Source: Actinomycetota bacterium (GTDB lineage: Bacteria > Actinomycetota > UBA4738 > HRBIN12). From it: a stretch of DNA of 64,000 bases. Where the stretch lies: the NCBI GenBank assembly GCA_046731295.1, contig JBKPKU010000105.1:10530-74529 (forward strand), written 5' to 3'. How positions within the stretch are numbered: position 1 is the stretch's first letter; each line of letters starts with the position of its first letter. The position numbers were made by a program, and so were the translations under genes. The notes under the pieces are model-generated. The model did not search any database. It was not told where the DNA came from and saw nothing but the letters and a program-made list of their open reading frames with translations. Positions 55,031 through 64,000 of this stretch are shown here, piece by piece.

Positions 55031-55249
55031 ATGTCGATCATCCTGCAAGACCCGGTCGAGTTCGAGACGCCAACCCGATCCCGGGTTCGTCCGGCAGCGC
55101 CGCTCGATCCGCGCACGGTCTCCGGGGAGCGCAAGGTCTCCTTCGAGCTCGAATCCCCAGGTGGCTACCGTCGAACGGTGACCGGAACGATCGCCTATCT
55201 TGACGAGGAGGCGCAGACCTACATGGTGGGCGCACCCGACGGGCGCTGA
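55031..55249 (+). CDS. Hypothetical protein (72 aa; possibly 3'-frameshifted)
   Basis: ATG follows GGGAGG. 'RKVSFELESPGGYRRTVTGTIAYLDEEAQTYMVGAPDG'. A plausible continuation 'ALIRVPLRDIKRTIESAP' lies in another frame, up to 55299. Confidence 0.4.
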   Translation: MSIILQDPVEFETPTRSRVRPAAPLDPRTVSGERKVSFELESPGGYRRTVTGTIAYLDEEAQTYMVGAPDGR

Positions 55250-55637
55250 TCCGGGTGCCACTGCGGGACATCAAGAGGACGATCGAGAGCGCCCCGTAGG
55301 GGCCATGGACACAACCGCCCCGAGAGATACTCATGATCCGTTCGTCACGAAGCTGCGAAGGCCCCTCTGACGAAGAGTGGTCGGCTTGTGGTTCGAGTCG
55401 CCCCTCCGACACCAAGACTTCCACTCAGGCCCGTCCACTCACGACGAGGCCCGGCTGATCGGGGGCGCTTCTGGCTGACTGGGGAGAGCCGGAGGCCCCT
55501 AGGTAGATGCTTGACTTCGTAGCGCGGACAGGAGCGGGAGGCGGTTCACACATCGTCCAGCTAGGTCCACCACCAGAGGCCCGAGGCGTTACGTCCCCGT
55601 AACCCCGAGATCGCCGGCGCGCGGAAGAATCGGACAC

Positions 55638-56171
55638 ATGGACGGAGGGTGCATCCGGATCGGGCCGGCGTCGTCGGGAGATCTCGGTGCGATCGCCGAG
55701 ATCTACCACCACTACGTGCGCACCTCGCCGGCCACGTTCGAGGTCGAGCCTCGAACGGACGACTGGTGGCGGGCATGGTTCGAGGGGTTCGGCGAGCGCG
55801 GGCGGCACCGGCTGCTCGTCGCGCGTAAGGACGAGCGAGTGCTCGGCTACGCATCGAGCTCGACCTACCGGTCGCGCGCCGCCTACGCGCCGTCGGTCGA
55901 GACGAGCATCTACGTCGATCACGGCTCGATCGGTCGCGGCGTCGGCTCGGCGCTCCTGCAGGCACTGCTGTCCGAGCTCGAGACCGAGGACGTCCACCGC
56001 GCCTGCGCCGGGATCGCACTGCCGAACCCGGCCTCGGTCCACCTGCACGAGCGGTTCGGCTACCGTCACGTGGGAACATTCACCGAGCAGGGGCGCAAGT
56101 TCGGGCGATACTGGGACGTCGCCTGGTTCGAGCGGGCGTTTCCCGACCGAGTCGCCGAGGAGGCCTCGTGA
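55638..56171 (+). CDS. GNAT-family N-acetyltransferase (phosphinothricin acetyltransferase-like)
   Basis: 'IAEIYHHYVRTSPATFEVEPRT...', 'VLGYASSSTYRSRAAY', 'GRGVGSALLQALL' and 'LHERFGYRHVGTF'. Confidence 0.85.
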   Translation: MDGGCIRIGPASSGDLGAIAEIYHHYVRTSPATFEVEPRTDDWWRAWFEGFGERGRHRLLVARKDERVLGYASSSTYRSRAAYAPSVETSIYVDHGSIGRGVGSALLQALLSELETEDVHRACAGIALPNPASVHLHERFGYRHVGTFTEQGRKFGRYWDVAWFERAFPDRVAEEAS

Positions 56172-56950
56172 CCGATCCGATCGACGAGCGCATCGACGGG
56201 CTGTACGCAAGCGAGCTCGACCGCTTCACACCCGATCGCGACACGCTCGCGAAGGAGCTGGTCGCGGCCGGTGACAAGGATGGAAGCAAGCGAGTGAAGG
56301 CCCTCCGCAAGCCCGTGGTCTCGGCGTGGGCCCTGAACGTGCTCGCGCGCCAAGACCCCGAGGCGATCGGGGAGCTGCTCGAGCTCGGCGGGAGGCTGCG
56401 GGACGCGCAACGGCGAGCGATCTCCGGCGGGGACGTCGAGTCCCTGCGGGAGGCGACCGACGAGCGCCGCCGCCTCGTGTCCGAGCTCGCCGGCAAGGCA
56501 ACCGCGATCCTCGAGCGCTCCGGGTCGGCTTCCGCGGCCAACGGCGACGCGGTCGTGACCACGCTCGAGGCTGCCGCGGTCGACGAAGAGGCGGGCGCCC
56601 TCCTGCGTTCGGGGCGGCTCGTCAAACCGCTTCGCCCGCCGACCTCGTTCGGCGGCGATGGCCTTCGGGTCCTGGAGGGCGGCCGGCAGGGCGCCGCGCC
56701 GGCCAAGCCCGACCCGATGGCCGCCGAGGCAAGGCGCCTCGAGCGCGAGCTGCGGGCGACCGAGGTACGCGAACGCCGCGCTGTCGAGACCGTCGAGCGC
56801 GAGAAGGCCCGGCTCGAGGAGCTCGAACGCAAGCGCGCCGAGGGCCGTGAGCGCGTCCGGGCTGCCGAGGCCGAACACCGCGGGATCTCGATGGAGACCA
56901 AGCGGCTCGCGCGTGAGCTCGACAAGCTGCGGGGGACCAAGGCCCGCTAG
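56168..56950 (+). CDS. Hypothetical protein with a C-terminal coiled coil
   Basis: GTG overlaps the GNAT stop. '[23 protein letters not shown]...[15 protein letters not shown]' is followed by '[44 protein letters not shown]'. Confidence 0.55.
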   Translation: MTDPIDERIDGLYASELDRFTPDRDTLAKELVAAGDKDGSKRVKALRKPVVSAWALNVLARQDPEAIGELLELGGRLRDAQRRAISGGDVESLREATDERRRLVSELAGKATAILERSGSASAANGDAVVTTLEAAAVDEEAGALLRSGRLVKPLRPPTSFGGDGLRVLEGGRQGAAPAKPDPMAAEARRLERELRATEVRERRAVETVEREKARLEELERKRAEGRERVRAAEAEHRGISMETKRLARELDKLRGTKAR

Positions 56951-56994
56951 CGGTTCCCGGGTCTGCGCCACCCGTTCGTTACCATGCGGGGACC

Positions 56995-59442
56995 ATGCGC
57001 CGTTACGACCCGTCCGAGATCGAGCCGAAGTGGATCGAGCGCTGGGAGTCCGAGGGGCTGTACCGAGCCTCCGAGGACCCCGAGGACCGCCGCCCACGCT
57101 TCTACGCGCTCGACATGTTCTCCTACCCCTCCGGCGACCTCCACATGGGCCACGCGGAGGCGTTCAGTGGCGGGGACGCAGTGGCGCGCTTTGCCGCGAT
57201 GCGGGGGCACAACGTGCTGCACCCGATCGGTTGGGACGCGTTCGGCCTGCCGGCGGAGAACGCGGCCATCAAGCGCGGGATCCATCCCAAGGAGTGGACC
57301 TACGCCAACATCGAGCAGCAGGCCCGCTCGTTCCGCCGGATGGGGATGTCGTTCGACTGGACGCGGCGGCTCAACACGTGCGACCCCGAGTACTACCAAT
57401 GGACACAGTGGCTGTTCCTGCGCCTGTTCGAACGCGGCCTGGCCTACCGCAAGAACGCGCCGACCAACTGGTGCCCGAAGGACCAGACGGTCCTGGCCAA
57501 CGAACAGGTGATCAACGGCGCGTGCGAGCGCTGCGGCACGCCGGTGGTGCGCCGCGACCTGACGCAATGGTTCTTCAAGATCACGGACTACGCGCAGCGG
57601 CTGCTGGACGACGTCGACACGCTGGTCACCTGGCCCCAGCGCGTCCTGACGATGCAGCGCAACTGGATCGGGCGTTCGGAGGGCGCGTCCGTCACGTTCG
57701 AGATCGCCGAGACCGGCGACGCCGTCGAGGTGTTCACAACGCGCCCGGACACGCTGTGGGGCGTGACGTTCTTCGTGTTCGCGCTGGAGCACCCGTTGGT
57801 GCCGAAACTGGCCGAGGCGGGCGGCACGGCGGAGGAGGCCGGGCGGCTGCTCGACGAGCTGAGATCGACCCCGCTCACCAACCGGGAGCAGGCCGAAAGC
57901 CGCGAGGGCGTCCGGCTGGGAGTGCACGCCGTGAACCCGGTCAACGGCGAGAAGGTGCCGGTGTTCGTGGCCCAGTACGTGCTGATGGAGTACGGGACGG
58001 GCGCCGTCATGGGCGTGCCGGCGCACGACCAGCGTGACTTCGAGTTCGCCCGGGCACAGGGCCTGCCGATCCGCGTCGTCGTCCAGCCCGAGGGCGAGCG
58101 GCGCGACCCCGAGAGCATGACCGAGGCCTACGACCACGAGGGCGTGATGGTGAACTCGGGGCCGTTCGACGGCGTCCGTTCGCCCGATTCGATCGCCAGG
58201 GTCGTCGAGTGGCTCGAGGAGCATGGCAAGGGAAAGGCCGCCGTCACCTACCGGCTGCGCGACTGGCTGATCAGCCGCCAGCGGTACTGGGGCGCGCCGA
58301 TCCCGATCATCCACTGTCCCGACCACGGCGAGGTGCCCGTCCCCGACGACCAGCTCCCCGTCGAGCTGCCGGAGGACGTGGACTTCCGTCCGGGCGGCGA
58401 GTCACCGCTCGCGCGGCACGACGCGTTCGTGAACGCAACCTGTCCGATATGCGGCGAGGCGGCCAAGCGCGACACCGACACGATGGACACGTTCGTGGAC
58501 TCGTCCTGGTACTTCTTCAGGTACTGCTCGCCGCACGACGAGGCCGGGCCCTTCGATCCCGACGACGTGGGGAGATGGATGCCAGTCTCGCAATACATCG
58601 GTGGCGTGGAGCACGCGATCCTGCACCTGCTGTACTGCCGCTTCTTCACGAAGGTGCTTTACGACATGGGTCTGGTCCCGTTCACCGAGCCGATGCTGCG
58701 GCTCATGAACCAGGGGCAGGTGATCTTCGGCGGCGCGTCGATGAGCAAGTCCAAGGGCAACATCGTCGAGCCGATGCCGCTCGTGGAACGCTGGGGCGCG
58801 GACACGATGCGGCTGATGATCCTGTTCGCCGGGCCGTTCGAGGACGACATCGACTGGAAGCTGATCGCCCCCGATCCCGAACGCCGGCCCGGCGTCACGA
58901 CCTGGCTGAACCGCGTGTTCGCGGCGGTGGGCGAGGCGGCCGAACGCGACGAGGCCGACCCCGAGTCGCTGCGGCGCATCACGCACCGGACGATCAGGGC
59001 CGTGACCGACGACATGGAGCGGTTCCGGTTCAACGTGGCGATCAGCAAGCTGCAGGTGCTAAGCAACGAGATGCGTTCGGCGCTGGACGCGGGCGGGGGA
59101 GCCCGGGAGGCGGCCTCGGCGCTCGCGCTGATGCTCGCGCCGCTCGCGCCGTTCGCGGCCGAGGACCTGTGGCGCGAGGTCCTGGGCAACGAGGCAAGCG
59201 TGCATCTCGCGATGTGGCCGTCGTTCGACGAGGAGCTGGCGCGCGAGGAACGCGTGACGCTGGTCGTCCAGGTCGACGGCAAGGTCCGCGACCGGATCGA
59301 GGTCGACGCCGACTCCGACGAGGACGTCTGCCGCGAACTCGCGCTCGGCTCGGGGAAGGTGCGTGACGCGCTCGACGGCCGCCTGGTGACCAAGACGTTC
59401 GTCCGGGCCCCGCGCCTGGTGAACCTGGTCACGGCCGGTTAG
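56995..59442 (+). CDS. leuS: Leucine--tRNA ligase
   Basis: '[14 protein letters not shown]' (HIGH-type), '[10 protein letters not shown]' (KMSKS) and the CP1 editing domain. Confidence 0.95.
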   Translation: MRRYDPSEIEPKWIERWESEGLYRASEDPEDRRPRFYALDMFSYPSGDLHMGHAEAFSGGDAVARFAAMRGHNVLHPIGWDAFGLPAENAAIKRGIHPKEWTYANIEQQARSFRRMGMSFDWTRRLNTCDPEYYQWTQWLFLRLFERGLAYRKNAPTNWCPKDQTVLANEQVINGACERCGTPVVRRDLTQWFFKITDYAQRLLDDVDTLVTWPQRVLTMQRNWIGRSEGASVTFEIAETGDAVEVFTTRPDTLWGVTFFVFALEHPLVPKLAEAGGTAEEAGRLLDELRSTPLTNREQAESREGVRLGVHAVNPVNGEKVPVFVAQYVLMEYGTGAVMGVPAHDQRDFEFARAQGLPIRVVVQPEGERRDPESMTEAYDHEGVMVNSGPFDGVRSPDSIARVVEWLEEHGKGKAAVTYRLRDWLISRQRYWGAPIPIIHCPDHGEVPVPDDQLPVELPEDVDFRPGGESPLARHDAFVNATCPICGEAAKRDTDTMDTFVDSSWYFFRYCSPHDEAGPFDPDDVGRWMPVSQYIGGVEHAILHLLYCRFFTKVLYDMGLVPFTEPMLRLMNQGQVIFGGASMSKSKGNIVEPMPLVERWGADTMRLMILFAGPFEDDIDWKLIAPDPERRPGVTTWLNRVFAAVGEAAERDEADPESLRRITHRTIRAVTDDMERFRFNVAISKLQVLSNEMRSALDAGGGAREAASALALMLAPLAPFAAEDLWREVLGNEASVHLAMWPSFDEELAREERVTLVVQVDGKVRDRIEVDADSDEDVCRELALGSGKVRDALDGRLVTKTFVRAPRLVNLVTAG

Positions 59443-59567
59443 CGGCCACGCTCGAGCCGCGTTGCTCCGTTCAACTCCTGGTTCCCCGCATCCGATACCT
59501 CCTGCAGGACCGGAGCGTGGTCCGCTTCCGCGTGCCGGAGATCGCGCTCCCGCTGACCGAGGAGGGT

Positions 59568-60965
59568 ATGAGCGCGACCGACACGCGGCCCAACGACCCG
59601 GACGCCGCCGGCGCGCCGGCGCGCCTGTCGAGGTTCCTTCGGACCAAGCGAACGATCGCGGCGCTGCGGATCTGCGTGCTCGGGGTCGTCGCTTTGATCT
59701 TCCTGGGCTCGGCGGGCATCCGCGACGAGGCGGGGTCGGCCGCGGTGGTCATCCTGGTGTCGGCGGGCGTCTACGCGTTCGTGTCGCTGGTGATCGCCAC
59801 GCGCGGCGAGGGCTCGTCGGTGCCGGGCCGGGGAATCGCGCTGGTGCTCGACGTTGGCCTCGTGACGGCGTGGGTCATGGCGACCGGCGGCGGAAGCAGC
59901 GAGTTCTGGACGCTGTACCTGATCGTGATCGTCGCGGTCGCGCTGCGCTTCGGCATCGTCGAGACGGTCGGGGTCGCGCTCGGGCTCGCGGTCGTGAACG
60001 CGGTGGTGCTCTCGCGGGGCGATGGCATATGGACCGGCCGCCTCTATCGGCCGACCCTGCTCCTGGTTGCGGGGTTCGCCGTGGGCATCCTCTCCCTCCA
60101 GCGCGTGGACCAGCGGCAGAGGCGCGCCGAGATGGAGGCGATCGCGGAGTCGAACGCCCGCCAGCTCGGCCTGGAGCGCGCCGAGGTCGCGCGTCTGCGC
60201 CGCGTCGACCTCGCCAGGACCGAGTTCGTCGGCGTTGCGGCGCATGAACTTCGGACGCCGCTGGCCGCGATCCTCGGCGTGCTGACCACGCTGAAGGAAC
60301 ATGGCGCGGCGCTCGATGAGGCCGTCCGGGCCGAGCTGATCGAGGGGGCCGAGAGCCAGGCCGAGCGCCTGTCACGGCTGGTCGAGGACCTGCTCACGAT
60401 CTCCAGGATCCAGGACGGCGTGCTCCACCTGGCCATGGCGCCGGTGGAGGCGGACGATCTGATCGCCGACGCGGCGCGGGCATCTGGGACGATGCACCGG
60501 CTGCGGACAGACATCGAGTTCGACGGCCCCGTGGTGTGCGACGCCGACGCGATCGTGCGGGTGCTGACGAACCTGTTCCACAACGCGCGGCAATACTCGC
60601 CTGCGGGCTCGCCGATAGTGGTCACCGTCACGGCGGACGAGCGTCGTGCGCGCTTCGAGGTTGGAGACGCCGGTCCCGGGGTGGCCGAGGCCGATCGGGA
60701 GGCGATCTTCGAGCGATTCCGCCGTGCCGACGACTCTGGCGCGCCGGGGGCGGGCCTCGGCCTGTACATCTCGCGCGGCCTCGTCCGGGCGCACGGAGGA
60801 GAGCTCGAGGTGGGGGACGCTCCCCAGGGCGGCGCGTCGTTCTCGTTTTGGCTGCCGGTGCTGGCGCCCGGCGAGCACGAGGTCGCGATCCCGCCCGCGG
60901 CCGCGCTCGAGTCGATCAAGCCCGATGTGAACCACGTCACGGTTCCGACCGCCCGGGCCGTCTAG
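59568..60965 (+). CDS. Membrane sensor histidine kinase (no adjacent response regulator)
   Basis: ATG at 59568 directly follows GAGGAGGG. About 5 TM helices. H-box 'AAHELRTPLAAILG', N-box 'LFHNARQYS', 'GDAGPGV' and 'GAGLGLYISR'. Confidence 0.85.
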   Translation: MSATDTRPNDPDAAGAPARLSRFLRTKRTIAALRICVLGVVALIFLGSAGIRDEAGSAAVVILVSAGVYAFVSLVIATRGEGSSVPGRGIALVLDVGLVTAWVMATGGGSSEFWTLYLIVIVAVALRFGIVETVGVALGLAVVNAVVLSRGDGIWTGRLYRPTLLLVAGFAVGILSLQRVDQRQRRAEMEAIAESNARQLGLERAEVARLRRVDLARTEFVGVAAHELRTPLAAILGVLTTLKEHGAALDEAVRAELIEGAESQAERLSRLVEDLLTISRIQDGVLHLAMAPVEADDLIADAARASGTMHRLRTDIEFDGPVVCDADAIVRVLTNLFHNARQYSPAGSPIVVTVTADERRARFEVGDAGPGVAEADREAIFERFRRADDSGAPGAGLGLYISRGLVRAHGGELEVGDAPQGGASFSFWLPVLAPGEHEVAIPPAAALESIKPDVNHVTVPTARAV

Positions 60966-61003
60966 CCTCCCGAACCCGTCCTCCCCCTTGGAGGGAGGCG
61001 CCC

Positions 61004-61639
61004 GTGTCCGAGGGATCGATCCGCGAACGCCTTTCGGCGCTGTCGCGCGCCGAGCTCATCGGGCTGGTGGCGCTCCTCGGCGTGACGCTCGTCGGCGCCG
61101 GCCTGTGGTACGTGCGCTCCCTGCCCAGGCCGATCCCGGTCACCGCCGGAACGCCGGGGAGCGAGGTGCCGGCACCCGCCGCTTCCGCGAGCCCGTCCCC
61201 CGAGGTGGTCCTGCTGGTGGACGTCGCGGGCTGGGTTCGGCACCCGGGCGTGTACGAGTTCGAGGAGGGCGCGCGCGTGATCGACGCGATCGACGCGGCC
61301 GGCGGCGCTAGGTCGGGCGCGATGATGCAGTCGCTGAACCTGGCAGCCCCGCTCGTCGACGGGACCCAGGTCCTCGTCCGGAAGGAGGGTGAGGAGGGCG
61401 TGGCGCCCCCAGCGTCGGGGAGCTCGGCCGGCGGGGTCGTCGCGGGGGTCCTGATCAACGTCAACACGGCGAGCGCCACCGAGCTCGAGGCGCTACCCGG
61501 CGTCGGCGAGGTGATCGCCCAGGCGATCGTCGACTACCGGACCGAGAACGGGGCGTTCGCCTCGGTCGACCAGCTGCTCGACGTGAGCGGGATCGGCGAC
61601 GCGACGCTCGAGGACATCCGGGAGCTCGTCACGGTGTGA
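61004..61639 (+). CDS. comEA: ComEA-family DNA-binding competence protein
   Basis: GTG at 61004 follows GGAGGGAGG. TM anchor, SLBB 'VDVAGWVRHPGVYEF', and HhH 'INVNTASATELEALPGVGEVIAQAIVDYRTENGAF'. Confidence 0.85.
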   Translation: MSEGSIRERLSALSRAELIGLVALLGVTLVGAGLWYVRSLPRPIPVTAGTPGSEVPAPAASASPSPEVVLLVDVAGWVRHPGVYEFEEGARVIDAIDAAGGARSGAMMQSLNLAAPLVDGTQVLVRKEGEEGVAPPASGSSAGGVVAGVLINVNTASATELEALPGVGEVIAQAIVDYRTENGAFASVDQLLDVSGIGDATLEDIRELVTV

Positions 61640-62600
61640 GCGCGTGGGTCACGCCCGCCCTCGCCGCCGCGCTGTGGGCGGGCCTGCTGGCGCAGCCGCG
61701 GATCGGGGCGTTCGCGGACGCGTGGGTGTGGTTGCTCGGCGGCGCGGCGCTGCTCGCCGCCTCGATCGCGGGCGCGCCACGCTCGTGCGGCGACGATCCG
61801 GCGCTCGAGCGCGCTGGAATGATCCGACGCGACCGACGCGATCTCGTCGAGGCGGTCGCGCCGCCGAGCGCCCTCCACTCGGCAATCCCCGCGCTGCTGG
61901 TGGCACTCGTCGGCTCGTTTCTGCTCGCCGTCGGGTGGGGGACCGTGCACGAGCATCGCGTCCAGGGCGCGGTCGTCGCCCGCATCGCGCCGGCGGACGT
62001 CACCGTCGAGGGCTCGCTCCGCACGGACCCAGCGTCCGAGCGCGACCGGTGGTCGGCGATCCTCGACGTGCGCGCGGTCGCGTGGGACGAGGGCACGGCG
62101 TCGGTCCGAGAGACCGTGTGGCTCTCGGGCCGCGAGGCGCCCCCGACCGCGGTTCGCGGCGACGTCCTGCGGGTCACCGGCTCGATCCGGCCGGTCGAGG
62201 ACGGCGGGTTCGCCCAGTTCCTGCTCCGGCGTGGGATCTCGGCCGAGCTGGAGGTGGACGAGGCCGAGCGCCTCGGGCCGGCGCCCTTCGCGCCGGTCCG
62301 GTGGGCGCAGTCGTTCCGAGCGCTGGCCGGACGCTCGATCCTGTCCTCGTTCCCGCCGCGCGAGGCCGGGCTGCTGCTCGGGCTCGCGCTCGGCGACGAC
62401 TCATGGCTGGACCCCGCGCTCGAACGCGACTTCCGCGCCACGGGCCTGTCTCATCTCCTGGTGATCTCGGCGAGAACGTCGCGATGGTGCTCGTGCCCCC
62501 GGCTATCGCCAGGCCTATCGGGCCGCCAGACCTCACCCAGGCCACGATCCCGCACCGATGGACTCAATGCTGTTCTGGCGCTTTGTGCGCTGGCGGCCAG
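61636..62600 (+). pseudogene. comEC: ComEC/Rec2 DNA internalisation channel, N-terminal third only (frameshifted, then truncated)
   Basis: The DUF4131-like N-terminus and the start of the competence domain are present ('REAGLLLGLALGDDSWLDPALERDFRATGLSHLLVIS'). The expected 'GENVAMVL' continues in another frame after the GG at 62469-62470. Similarity is lost by about 62600. No TM bundle or metallo-beta-lactamase domain follows. Confidence 0.7.
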
Positions 62601-62616
62601 GTCGCGTTACGGAGAC

Positions 62617-63081
62617 TCAATCCAGGTGAGCGCGCCAGAGCTGCCGTGTGAGGAGCGCCTGGGCCGCGTGCTCGCGGAGATGCTCGAGCGCGTGGAGCAA
62701 CGCCCAGCCGCGCGTCACGACGTCGCCGTCGGTCGGACTCGTCCAGGTGGCTGTCGGGTCGAACCGCTCTGTGGAGACCAGGAGAACCCGGCACTCCTCG
62801 CTCATCTTCTCGACGAACGATCGCAGCTCGTCCGGGTCGGCTGCGGTGGCCTGGAACTCCGACGGGCGGTCGCGTTCGGGCATGGGGGCATCGGTTGCCA
62901 CGCTCAGCCACCACCTCGTGCTGTGCATCGCGTGCACGGCTAGGACCACGAGCGGGTTCGCGTCCTCGGCCGGTGGCCGCCACGCCAGCGCCTCGACCGG
63001 CGCGTCCGCGATCGCGGCACGTACCGCCGCCAACGAATCGTCTAGGAGATCGACCGCGGCGTCGATCATCGCATCCGACAT
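62617..63081 (-). CDS. DinB-family protein
   Basis: 154 aa. 'VVLAVHAMHSTRWWL' and 'GWALLHALEHLREHAAQ' are the characteristic His-bearing helices. Confidence 0.7.
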   Translation of the reverse strand: MSDAMIDAAVDLLDDSLAAVRAAIADAPVEALAWRPPAEDANPLVVLAVHAMHSTRWWLSVATDAPMPERDRPSEFQATAADPDELRSFVEKMSEECRVLLVSTERFDPTATWTSPTDGDVVTRGWALLHALEHLREHAAQALLTRQLWRAHLD

Positions 63082-63150
63082 CCGCAGAGCATAGGCCGGC
63101 CAACGAGTATCTAACTAGACCAGCCATGGCCGTAGCGTTGTCCGAGCGCG

Positions 63151-63171
63151 GAGAGGCACCGGATGCCTCTC
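63151..63171. other. Perfect 8-bp stem / 5-nt loop hairpin (gagaggca-ccgga-tgcctctc)
   Basis: Read directly from the sequence. It lies between the 46-bp repeats and the DinB-family gene start. Confidence 0.6.
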
Positions 63172-63181
63172 GCGGCTGAAA

Positions 63182-63273
63182 GAGGCTGGCCCACCGCCAC
63201 GGGCTTCGGAAAACGTCGAGCGCGATTGAGGCTGGCCCACCGCCACGGGCTTCGGGAAACGTCGAGCGCGATT
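63182..63273. repeat. Tandem direct repeat, 2 x 46 bp (45/46 identical)
   Basis: gaggctggcccaccgccacgggcttcgg[a/g]aaacgtcgagcgcgatt at 63182-63227 and 63228-63273. The second copy ends on the stop codon of the LytM-like gene. Confidence 0.95.
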
Positions 63274-64000
63274 CAGCCTGACGGAGCTACCAGACGAGGG
63301 TCGACGATCTCCAGGTGCACGTGGGGATGGTGCCCACCCACGTAGTAGGCGCTCTGCGAGGAGAACGGGAAGACTCGGGGCTCGCCCAAGTGTGTGACTC
63401 CCTGGACGACCGAGTCACCCGGCCGGACCCGCACCCCGTCTAGGTGGATCATCACTACCTGGAAGGCGGGATCGTCCTCCGGTCGGATCGAGAGCTCGAC
63501 GTCGGGGTATCGGCCGTACAGGCGATACGCGCGCACCTTCTTGACCACGCCGTCCACCGGTGCCAGGTACGGCGTACCTTCTGGCAGCACCAGATCGACC
63601 GCCGAGGTGGCTGGCGTGGCCCGACCGCGACTGGACATGATCACGTAGGACGGCCCCGCGGTGTTGGGGGTGTCGCGCGCAAACTTCGTCCGGTTGTAGT
63701 CCCGTTCGAGGCGGCCGAGGGGCTGCAATCGCATCGCGTGGTCGTACGACGCCTCGTGGTAGCAGACACAGATGACGTGCACCGCAGGCAGGAACAGCTG
63801 GATGTCGTGGAAGCGGGCAAACGGGACGAGCCGCGGGTCCGGTCGTCGGGACGCGGGTGCGACCGACCGGGGATGGCGGACCGCCGGGTGGGCAGCCAAC
63901 GTGGACGGGATCTCGGTCGACCGCCCGGCCCACGGCGCGATCGCCAGCGTGAGCCCTGCGGCCAGCGCGATGGCGGGCAGCAGGGTGAGGGTCCACGTCC
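63273..64000 (-). CDS. LytM/M23-like peptidase-domain protein (5' end outside window)
   Basis: C-terminal 'VMIHLDGVRVRPGDSVVQGVTHLGE...GGHHPHVHLEIV' resembles the M23 HxH region. The frame stays open to the window edge through a signal/TM segment, 'TLTLLPAIALAAGLTLAIAPWA'. Confidence 0.55.
   Translation of the reverse strand, partial: TWTLTLLPAIALAAGLTLAIAPWAGRSTEIPSTLAAHPAVRHPRSVAPASRRPDPRLVPFARFHDIQLFLPAVHVICVCYHEASYDHAMRLQPLGRLERDYNRTKFARDTPNTAGPSYVIMSSRGRATPATSAVDLVLPEGTPYLAPVDGVVKKVRAYRLYGRYPDVELSIRPEDDPAFQVVMIHLDGVRVRPGDSVVQGVTHLGEPRVFPFSSQSAYYVGGHHPHVHLEIVDPRLVAPSG

Noticed and set aside
55147-55156. 10-nt match (tcgaatcccc) to the tRNA-Ala T-arm inside the small gene after groEL, as a possible att scar
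   Set aside because: It lies within a coding region, the match does not extend to the tRNA 3' end, and the string is a GC-rich 10-mer likely to recur by chance.
62600-62943. Apparent 3' continuation of comEC to 62943
   Set aside because: This stretch is the open antisense frame of the DinB-family gene (62617-63081). It shows no ComEC-like hydrophobic helices.
63182-63273. Possibility that the 46-bp repeats are a CRISPR array
   Set aside because: There are only two directly abutting copies with no spacers, and no cas genes in the window.
63163-63345. 60-aa plus-strand ORF spanning the 46-bp tandem repeat
   Set aside because: Its sequence is generated by the repeat itself (a repeated GWPTATGFGKRRAR-type peptide). 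It has no RBS and overlaps the LytM-like gene end.

Overview
Very GC-rich bacterial chromosome segment. GC content was judged by eye and not computed. All product calls come from motif and domain recognition in the supplied translations; no database search was possible.

Backbone: gene order matches the conserved housekeeping synteny known from Actinomycetota. It runs tig-clpP-clpX, valS-folC-ndk, a fabD-fabH-fabG-acpP-fabF cluster, mreB-mreC-mreD-PBP2-rodA, rne-rplU-rpmA-obg, nadD-rsfS, leuS and comEA-comEC. The window also holds a complete System I cytochrome c maturation locus (ccmEFGHI convergent with ccmABCD). Smaller units are azlCD, a PhzF-like gene, an aldehyde dehydrogenase/amidohydrolase pair and four tRNA genes: Arg-TCT, Gly-TCC, Pro-TGG and Ala-GGC.

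Accessory patches: three stretches are visibly more A/T-rich and interrupt the backbone.
- About 4.05-8.1 kb, next to tRNA-Arg. It holds Crp/Fnr, a STAS/RsbW partner-switching pair fused to a decayed ECF sigma, a Pro/Thr-rich membrane protein and a truncated HerA-like ATPase.
- About 50.6-55.6 kb, directly 3' of tRNA-Ala. It holds a serine-recombinase remnant, several gene fragments, a DUF1003 gene, and a stand-alone groEL translationally coupled to a small zinc-ribbon ORF.
- About 62.5-64.0 kb. It holds a truncated comEC, a DinB-family gene, a 2 x 46-bp tandem repeat and a LytM-like gene that runs off the window.

Gene decay: at least six genes look decayed through single-base indels in short homopolymer runs, one premature TAG, or truncation.

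Not found: rRNA, CRISPR array, an intact transposase or integrase, or a recognisable defence system.

Most interesting:
- the zinc-ribbon/groEL coupling
- the sigma-kinase fusion
- a roughly 45-aa domain shared by two otherwise unrelated accessory proteins
- a four-gene translationally coupled operon ending in a cNMP-gated MFS transporter
- System I Ccm in an actinobacterial-type context
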